Shown in pieces: positions 57,396 through 64,000 of a stretch of DNA of 64,000 nt (positions are counted from its first letter, which is position 1; the number at the start of each line of letters is the position of its first letter). Below the pieces are notes generated by a model. That model was not told the DNA's origin. It saw nothing but the letters and a program-made list of their open reading frames with translations, and searched no databases. This DNA is from Nitrosopumilaceae archaeon (GTDB lineage: Archaea; Thermoproteota; Nitrososphaeria; Nitrososphaerales; Nitrosopumilaceae): positions 896,001 to 960,000 of the forward strand of contig CBDBCR010000003.1 of the NCBI GenBank assembly GCA_965203465.1. Reading direction: 5' to 3'. A program made the position numbers and the translations under genes.

Positions 57396-59392
57396 CAGCG
57401 TATCATCTCGTCGGTCAGCCATATCGTCTCATAGATATACCCTTTGGGCCACTTGGAGGCGAACGTGACTTTGCCGTCCTCCAGAAACCACACGTTCTCG
57501 TCCTCAAAGAAGCTGTTTCTCCACCTAATGTCCGAATCCCATTCCTCGTTCTCCCGGAACCAGGCGGTCTGGCCGTCGAGCGCGTCGACGAACACGTCCA
57601 CGTTGACTTCGTGCGCGCGGTTGAATATGTGTTGGTGGTACGGCACGTAGGGCGCCTTGTCCATGCCGGCAGAGTCTATCCAGCCCGCGGGAGTGATGCG
57701 GATTTCCGTGTTGTCCTCCCAAATTTGCCTGCACAGCGACGGATCGTCCACCCAGTCATCCAGTTGCCCGTCTGTCATATCCCACCGCGCGTCGACTACT
57801 GCGTGACTTTCTTCCATAGTGATCAGATCTTCGCGTGAAGCTATTTTGCCTGCGTGGCACAGGTCGTGGCGCACCTCGCAAGCCCCCATGTCCACGACCC
57901 AGAACGGCGCGCCGGCCACCTGATCCAGATAGACGTGCCGGGGCCGGTCCTCGGCCGACCTGTCCTGAACGGACAGGCCGCACTCGGGGCCGGACAGCAC
58001 CTGGTCGGCCGCTGCAAACTCCAGCGCCCGCTCTATGGCCTCCGTCCGCGATACGGCCGGTTTGGGTATCGGATAGTCCGACCACCCCTCGAAATCGCCC
58101 GTCAGCCCGTCGGGTACGGGGCCAACCGATATCCACCCCGTCCCGTCGTTGTACGCTATCAACGGAATATGGTCGGTCTCGAAGCGATCGAAGATGGCGT
58201 CTTTGTACAGGCCGTAGTTGTCGCGTACGTGCCGCACGCTGTCCGTCATTCTTTCCGGATTCAGTTCCGGGTCGCCCCGCGCATCCTGTATAAACGAGGT
58301 CACTTGCTGGACCGTCGGCCCGGTCGTCTCGTAGCGTTCCTTGAGGTCGGTGGTCTGATCCAGCACGGTCCCGTGGATCATCCCCGAGCCCCAGACTTTC
58401 CCCACGTATGGAGCCCAGTTGTCAAAGCCCATCGTATCCATGAACTCGGCGGCAAATTCCAGGCTGGTGGGCGAGCCCGGCACCGAACTGTACCTCTGGT
58501 GATGGATCTTGCCGCCGTCCAGCCCGTTGTGAGCCGTGAACCAGCCGTCGCGCACATGCCACTTGTACTCGTATTGGTCGGCGTGAAAGTCGAAATCGTC
58601 GCCCGCAACCGGCAGCCCGGAACCCCGCCACCGCGCGTTTTCAAAACCGGCGCCCAGCGCCGCCGGAAGCCAGTCGTATTCGTCGCCGGACAGGACGTAC
58701 GGATCAGAGCCGATGATAAGGTGCGTGTGTATTTCCGGCCCCAGCGCGCCGGCGAGCCTCGGCAGCAGCTCGTCGAGTTCGGCCTTTGTGGCCGTGGACC
58801 AGTAGCCGGTGCGGTCCGGATCCACCATTATCGTGGTGCGGATCGGCTCGCCTTTGAAATACGCAAGAAACACCAGCGGCTCGCGCTCTTTGGGCGGGGG
58901 CACGTCCGAGACCACGAAGCACTTGCCGTGCTTGGAGCACTGCGCCCCGTGCAGGCCCGCGTAGGTTTCCGACGAGGGCGAGACGGCGTAGCACTGTTCC
59001 CAGACGCACTCGAGCCGCTCGCCCGTTTCCGGATGCTGGATGGCTGGCTTGAAGTCGGGCGCAGGCACCAAGGCGTGCGCCTTGACTTGGGCAGAACCCT
59101 TCTCGGGCTTACCAGTCAGGTCTGCGAGCGCGCCGTCGTATACAGCAGGGGCGTCCGCGTGGCCGTATCTTTCGGAACGCTGGATTATCTCCAGGTCCAG
59201 CCGGTCGGCGGTAGCAGGCCTCAGGCACGCGGCGCCGGAGGCGCGCATGACCAGCACCAGGCCCTCGTTGCAGAGCACCTCGTCCGGCGCCGCGCCCGCC
59301 TCTTCCTGCGCCAGAGGCGAGGCCAGCTGGGCACCGGACTGCGAGAGTGCCAGCAGCGCGGATAACGCCGCGCACGAGGCCAACGCCTTCAA
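57395..59392 (-). CDS. Secreted hypothetical protein with a Nitrososphaerota-type N-terminal SPLxQ...C..GL.L...AC..P.TA module
   Basis: TTG start 29 bp after TTATAT; signal peptide; SPLAQEEAGAAPDEVLCNEGLVLVMRASGAACLRPATADRL. Confidence 0.7.
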   Translation of the reverse strand: MKALASCAALSALLALSQSGAQLASPLAQEEAGAAPDEVLCNEGLVLVMRASGAACLRPATADRLDLEIIQRSERYGHADAPAVYDGALADLTGKPEKGSAQVKAHALVPAPDFKPAIQHPETGERLECVWEQCYAVSPSSETYAGLHGAQCSKHGKCFVVSDVPPPKEREPLVFLAYFKGEPIRTTIMVDPDRTGYWSTATKAELDELLPRLAGALGPEIHTHLIIGSDPYVLSGDEYDWLPAALGAGFENARWRGSGLPVAGDDFDFHADQYEYKWHVRDGWFTAHNGLDGGKIHHQRYSSVPGSPTSLEFAAEFMDTMGFDNWAPYVGKVWGSGMIHGTVLDQTTDLKERYETTGPTVQQVTSFIQDARGDPELNPERMTDSVRHVRDNYGLYKDAIFDRFETDHIPLIAYNDGTGWISVGPVPDGLTGDFEGWSDYPIPKPAVSRTEAIERALEFAAADQVLSGPECGLSVQDRSAEDRPRHVYLDQVAGAPFWVVDMGACEVRHDLCHAGKIASREDLITMEESHAVVDARWDMTDGQLDDWVDDPSLCRQIWEDNTEIRITPAGWIDSAGMDKAPYVPYHQHIFNRAHEVNVDVFVDALDGQTAWFRENEEWDSDIRWRNSFFEDENVWFLEDGKVTFASKWPKGYIYETIWLTDEMIR

Positions 59393-59610
59393 CGAGTCGG
59401 CCGGGGCGCGCCGCGATATAATGTATTCCGAGGTTTTGTACGGCCTGCCTGCGCGCCCGGCATTGTGCCCAGAGCCCGCGCCGGCGGGCGCGGCGCCGCC
59501 TAGATCGGAAGCCACGGTAGACGGTCTGGTAGTCGCACCGGGGTTAGGATTCGGTGTGCATCCTGCAACGAGAGTTCATCCAGTCTTGCTTCTGAGATGG
59601 GGTTATTGGA

Positions 59611-60612
59611 CTAACTGCCAGACGGATCGCTCCTATTGGAGACATACGGCCCAAGGAATCTCTCGCCGTCAAAATGAATCATGTGGTCTGGCTCGTCTGC
59701 TATCCACACGTCCGTCTCCCAAGATATGTGCTTGAAGTATTTCAGCATGGCCTCTTTGTTAAGAAACGCGGTAACGTACACTATGCCTACAGTCGAATGG
59801 GCAAACAGCTTTTGCAGTTCTTGCCGCCGGGTCGGATCTATCGGCCCGTGGCTTGTCACTGCCTCTACCACGATCAGCCAGTCGTTTTTTGTGTCGTGTA
59901 TGATTACATCTGGAATCTTGCCGTGCGGCTTGATCGTGATGCCGAGCTTCTGGAGACCGCTTCTGTCGTGGTATCCGGATTTTCTGGCAGTATCCCCCAC
60001 CAGAAGAGCGGTTCCGCCCGGAACAAACCTGCTTCCAAAATCACAGCAGATCTTCCTAACCAGCACGTTTTGTCCGCCGGGCGACAGCTTTAGCGTCGTA
60101 CCGTCGGGCATCCGTAGCGGGATCTTGTTCATCGTGCGCCTCATGGAATACTCCTCTTGCAGCGACTTGTGGGATTTTTTGTATTCTGCAAGATTGTGAC
60201 TCCATCTGCGCGTCCCAAAGCTCCGGATTAGGCGTAGCACGTCGCCCTCGATTTGGTATACGGTCTTGCCGCTGTTGGTTGGCCTGTCGGGCTTGTCGGG
60301 GTTTTCAAGCACAATTGAAGCCTGTAGGAATTGATGCACCGTCTGCTTTCTTACGGTCTCGCGGCTGTTTGGCGCATACTTTCTGCCGTATCTTTTACGA
60401 AAGAATTCAAGCATCGGGGTTATCCCCACGAGCGGGTTGCCCGCCATCGTCCACGATTCGTTTGCCCCCAGTCCCAACAACGCCAGCAACGTGAGTGCGG
60501 ATCTGTCGTTTTGCTGTCGCCGCCCGAATCCTATCTGGCGCAGGATCTCAACAGCTTCCCGGATTCTCATGCGTATGTCCGCATCCGACGGTTCGCCTGC
60601 GCCTTTGCTCAA
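59611..60612 (-). CDS. BsuBI/PstI family type II restriction endonuclease
   Basis: YAPNSRETVRKQTVHQF, LSPGGQN, HGKIPDVII, EAVTSHGP, ISWETDVW...PDHMIHFDGERFLGPY. Confidence 0.93.
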   Translation of the reverse strand: MSKGAGEPSDADIRMRIREAVEILRQIGFGRRQQNDRSALTLLALLGLGANESWTMAGNPLVGITPMLEFFRKRYGRKYAPNSRETVRKQTVHQFLQASIVLENPDKPDRPTNSGKTVYQIEGDVLRLIRSFGTRRWSHNLAEYKKSHKSLQEEYSMRRTMNKIPLRMPDGTTLKLSPGGQNVLVRKICCDFGSRFVPGGTALLVGDTARKSGYHDRSGLQKLGITIKPHGKIPDVIIHDTKNDWLIVVEAVTSHGPIDPTRRQELQKLFAHSTVGIVYVTAFLNKEAMLKYFKHISWETDVWIADEPDHMIHFDGERFLGPYVSNRSDPSGS

Positions 60613-62183
60613 AACAACACCCTCTCCACTACCGAGTCAACCTCTGGTTGCGAGGTAAACGTGCCGTTGCGACGGCAGTGCCTGCCGATCTCTACAATCT
60701 GGGCGCGTTTTGGGTACCGGAGGTACCTCAGATCCGTGGCGTTTACTTGTGTGTTGCCGTTGAACTGCCTGAAATACGCGTCCACCAGTGTTGAGTTCAG
60801 AAATGCGGCCAAGCCCAACGCCGTAAGAGGTTTTAGTGGGCCTCCTCCTACGTGGAAATAGTTCACCCTGTTCTCAAAACCCACAAGCTTTGAATCCCAC
60901 GTATCGCAGGTCCAGACTGCCGCGACTACACGCCTTGCCTCCTCCACTGTGGTAAAGCGCTTTACAACCACATAGCTGCCGTTATCCACCATCATCTTGG
61001 AAGTTTCAGAATCTGCCACTATGAAATTGTGGTGCTTTTTGTGGGCGGCAGGAAACGCCACGCCGCCTATGCGTCCTCCGCTTATGTTGAGCGGCCTGAC
61101 AAGCGGAACGACGGCACGGCGATCGTCCTTGGGATCAAATCGCAACTGTTTCCTTGTCCGAAAGTCTATTATTTTGCCGGTGGATACGCCCAGCCCCAGA
61201 TCCTCCAACACGCATTTCATTGCCTTCATCCTGTCTGCGGTTCCGGCGTCAGCCGGACTTATGTGTATGAACTGTTGCGGGTCGTCCTCTCTGACTACCT
61301 CTGACGCATAAACGCGCCTTGTAGTCACTTTGGTCTCTGGACCACTGCTGGACGAGATTGTGATCAGGCCGCCGCGTTTCCTGTCAGAGCTGCCGTTTTT
61401 TCCACCGCCCGTCCCAACGGCAGAAACGATCACGTTTTCCTGTAGTACGGAATCATCTCGAAAGGGGGAGGTGCGCAGGCCAAACAGGTGTATCTTTCTC
61501 AGGCGGACAGATTCTAGCAGACTTCTTCTGAATCCGCAGAAGTACGCCCCGTTGCAGAAGCTCCTCGGCGATATGAATGCAAGCTGCCCGCCGATGCGCA
61601 GCATCCTGCACGCTACGGCGATAAACGCGGCGTACTTGTTTGGTACCGGCGTCATCCCCATATCCTGCACGGCGCGGTACATGTCAGACTTTACGCCAAT
61701 CTTTCCGTATGGCGGATTCATGATTATGTGTGTGAATCTGCCTAGCCTGCTCGTCTCCGTCATGTCTCCGCACCCAGACACAAAGTCCCGGTTTTCCAAC
61801 CTGTACGCAAAGTCGATCCCCGCCTCACGGCACTGATCACTGGCCATCTCGAGGGACTCCCGGAGCCTTCCTAGAAGCGTCCCGTCTATCTCGTAGGCCG
61901 TCACCGACACTCTGTCGGGTTTTTTGCCTGCATTTCCGGCGCAAATCTTCTCGATGCAGGCGGCGAAGAGAGTTCCGACGCCAGCTCCTGGATCTAGCAG
62001 TTCTATCTCCCTTTGCCGTCCGTACGTCATCATGGATGCCATGAGCCGGGCAAGCGGCGCGCTTGTAAAATATTGATCTAGCCGCTCTTTCTTTTGCAGA
62101 CCCACATCCAGCATTGTGCGTCTTACAGAATCAGCGTAATCAAGCGCGCCGCCGGCCAGATTTTGTCGCATAGCCAGAGTCAT
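60609..62183 (-). CDS. N6-adenine DNA methyltransferase (gamma class, BsuBI/PstI-like)
   Basis: QYFT, LLDPGAGVG, IMNPPY, SPRSFCNG.YF, VLQEN, FRQFNGNTQVNATDLR. Confidence 0.93.
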   Translation of the reverse strand: MTLAMRQNLAGGALDYADSVRRTMLDVGLQKKERLDQYFTSAPLARLMASMMTYGRQREIELLDPGAGVGTLFAACIEKICAGNAGKKPDRVSVTAYEIDGTLLGRLRESLEMASDQCREAGIDFAYRLENRDFVSGCGDMTETSRLGRFTHIIMNPPYGKIGVKSDMYRAVQDMGMTPVPNKYAAFIAVACRMLRIGGQLAFISPRSFCNGAYFCGFRRSLLESVRLRKIHLFGLRTSPFRDDSVLQENVIVSAVGTGGGKNGSSDRKRGGLITISSSSGPETKVTTRRVYASEVVREDDPQQFIHISPADAGTADRMKAMKCVLEDLGLGVSTGKIIDFRTRKQLRFDPKDDRRAVVPLVRPLNISGGRIGGVAFPAAHKKHHNFIVADSETSKMMVDNGSYVVVKRFTTVEEARRVVAAVWTCDTWDSKLVGFENRVNYFHVGGGPLKPLTALGLAAFLNSTLVDAYFRQFNGNTQVNATDLRYLRYPKRAQIVEIGRHCRRNGTFTSQPEVDSVVERVLF

Positions 62184-63970
62184 GCGTCTTCAAACCCCGC
62201 AAGAAATTTGCTTATGCGATCGTTGGCGTCGGGAAGCTGCACCGGAATAGGAAGCCCGTCTATTCCAGTCGCGCTGTGGCTTATCAGCAGCCACTGGCCA
62301 GCGCTAAAACGCAACGACTCTTGGATGGTGTCGTCTGACAGGCCAAACGCCTCCTGTATCTTTTCGCGGTCTGATGCACGTGGAAGCTTGCTGACGAAGT
62401 AGGTGTGGGGTTGCCCCAAGATGTTCGTGTCTAGATACACTATTCTCTGCGTTGCTATGCCTATGCCTAGCCCGTACTTTCTCCCTCTTCTTGCCAGCTG
62501 TTCTGCTGTCTGCTTGGACTCTTTCATTCCGGGTTGTCTGTCGTCTTGCGCTATGAATTGATCTGCCTCATCATAAACGAAAGACACGGGGGGAGATATT
62601 ATTCCGTCCCTCCTTCTGCTGTCGAGCATCGTGTTTCCAAGTTTGCGTGAAAACATGCGCACCTCGCTGTCGTCGCCATCCTGTATTATGTATAGCGCCC
62701 CGGTGCCGGATCCGTTTAGATTGTCCGTCATCTGCTCAATCGTGATCTTGAATTTGTCGCGTATGTTTTCACTTGTTCTCAACCGATTACGGTGCGATTC
62801 AAGCTCGCGCTTAAGTTTTTTCCTGAGCTCTTCCGCCTTTGCCGCGCTAGTCGTGGGCATCTGGTATTCGTCTATCTGATTTAAGAGACTAGTGATGCTT
62901 TGTACAGTAACAGAGCCTGTGGTTGTGTTACGCTGAACGTGCGCAATGAACTGGCTCTTAGCCTGAGACTGCTGTCCGGTTGACTCATCGACTATACCCG
63001 AGACTAGATTGCTCAATGACTCGCTACCAGAGATCGCAAGCGCCTTTAGCTTTCCCTCGCGTAGTATTTTCCGTATTGGGCCAACGAACTTTTCTCGCTG
63101 TGTTGCAAGCATTTTTGGCAGAATCGTGGTCTTGACAATGTCGTTCGCCGCCGTATCTAGGTTTTTGTCGGTAGGGTCACTCCAGAACGCAGCTACCGAT
63201 CTTGGAACAGCGCGATCTGAAAGGAACACCACGCATGCGTCTGCTCTGGCAGACAGTACATCGATCAAGAGCGCGCTGTACTCGCCCATCAGATCGTAGA
63301 TGACGATTTTTGCCGAATTGCCTGCCTTGGAGGACACCTTGGACGCAACGGTGCTGAGAAGATTGGACTTTCCGGCATTGGTATATGCGAACACGCCGAA
63401 GTGTGTGCGAATCATGCTGTCCCAGATGGCAAGTATGTCCACGTCTTTGGAATTTGTAAGATTGCCCACTGTTATGACTTCGTCAGTGCGTTTTTGCAGG
63501 TCGTGGTTGATTATACGTCTAGTCCACTCGATGTCCAAGACTCTCACCCTTTCTCCGGGCATTGGCATGTTGCTTTCCCGAGCCATTGCGGGTTCGCCTC
63601 CAGTCAATCTCGGCTTTCTTATCTCAAAGGTGCTCGGTATCGCATCGCATTCTATCTTTGTTGTGTCCTCTATAGGGCGATCCTGTTCCCAGTCCTTAGA
63701 GGCGCTCATGGCGGCCTCTTCCACGAATCCTGGATATCCGTCCTTGCCGGCCATCATGGCGTAGTGCCTTGGCATGATCGATGTTATTCGCATTACGCTG
63801 TAGCGATCCTCTTCGTCGGTGCTAGCAAAATTCTTCACCGCTATCAAGGATCCCTCGCGTATCCTCCCCATGTGATTTCGCACGAACGGAAACCACACAA
63901 CAAAACCGAGTTTGGTCTGGTCGGATTTTTTTATGTCCATCAACGTGCCTTGAATATCGTCCTCAAACAT
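62180..63970 (-). CDS. HerA-like ATPase (HAS barrel + DUF87)
   Basis: HFGVFAYTNAGKSN, IYDLMGEY, VYDEADQF, ARRGRKYGLG..IATQR; GGAGG SD; ATGA overlap with the MTase. Confidence 0.88.
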   Translation of the reverse strand: MFEDDIQGTLMDIKKSDQTKLGFVVWFPFVRNHMGRIREGSLIAVKNFASTDEEDRYSVMRITSIMPRHYAMMAGKDGYPGFVEEAAMSASKDWEQDRPIEDTTKIECDAIPSTFEIRKPRLTGGEPAMARESNMPMPGERVRVLDIEWTRRIINHDLQKRTDEVITVGNLTNSKDVDILAIWDSMIRTHFGVFAYTNAGKSNLLSTVASKVSSKAGNSAKIVIYDLMGEYSALLIDVLSARADACVVFLSDRAVPRSVAAFWSDPTDKNLDTAANDIVKTTILPKMLATQREKFVGPIRKILREGKLKALAISGSESLSNLVSGIVDESTGQQSQAKSQFIAHVQRNTTTGSVTVQSITSLLNQIDEYQMPTTSAAKAEELRKKLKRELESHRNRLRTSENIRDKFKITIEQMTDNLNGSGTGALYIIQDGDDSEVRMFSRKLGNTMLDSRRRDGIISPPVSFVYDEADQFIAQDDRQPGMKESKQTAEQLARRGRKYGLGIGIATQRIVYLDTNILGQPHTYFVSKLPRASDREKIQEAFGLSDDTIQESLRFSAGQWLLISHSATGIDGLPIPVQLPDANDRISKFLAGFEDA

Positions 63971-64000
63971 GCCTCCACACTACCTCCCGAAACTGTTCCT

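Overview
High-GC archaeal DNA, most consistent with an ammonia-oxidising archaeon of the Nitrosopumilaceae, possibly a sponge symbiont. This is inferred from a CFI-box-CTERM protein, a Zfx-like ferredoxin fusion, leaderless genes about 26-30 bp after TATA boxes, and a serpin/subtilase cluster. 0-9 kb is mostly core genes interrupted by an IS6-like element. 9-46 kb is an accessory, defence and mobile mosaic. It holds a DUF4011-helicase-nuclease, IS630, a duplicated EcoRII-like/Vsr module, a GHKL ATPase, and a plasmid/ICE-like block (repeat-rich non-coding region, AbrB-like genes, VirB4/VirD4-like ATPase, actin-like ParM, tyrosine integrase). It also holds an AbrB-carrying IS6-like element with an inverted partial copy, an MT-A70 + PvuII-like R-M pair split by an IS110 element, and IS66 elements. 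46-59.5 kb is a secreted serpin / S8 protease / dead-metalloprotease adhesin cluster. 59.6-64 kb is a HerA + BsuBI/PstI-like R-M operon. The most notable signal is the IS110 left end, which holds a recognisable two-loop bridge-RNA-like structure. Its guide segments match the element's own junctions, and a 95-bp tandem duplication starts exactly at the recombination core. Other candidates are a possible archaeal actin-based partition module, paired hairpin/micro-peptide units next to the integrase, and a compensated frameshift through the active site of both EcoRII-like copies. All calls were made by eye without database searches. Some single-base frameshifts could be assembly errors.
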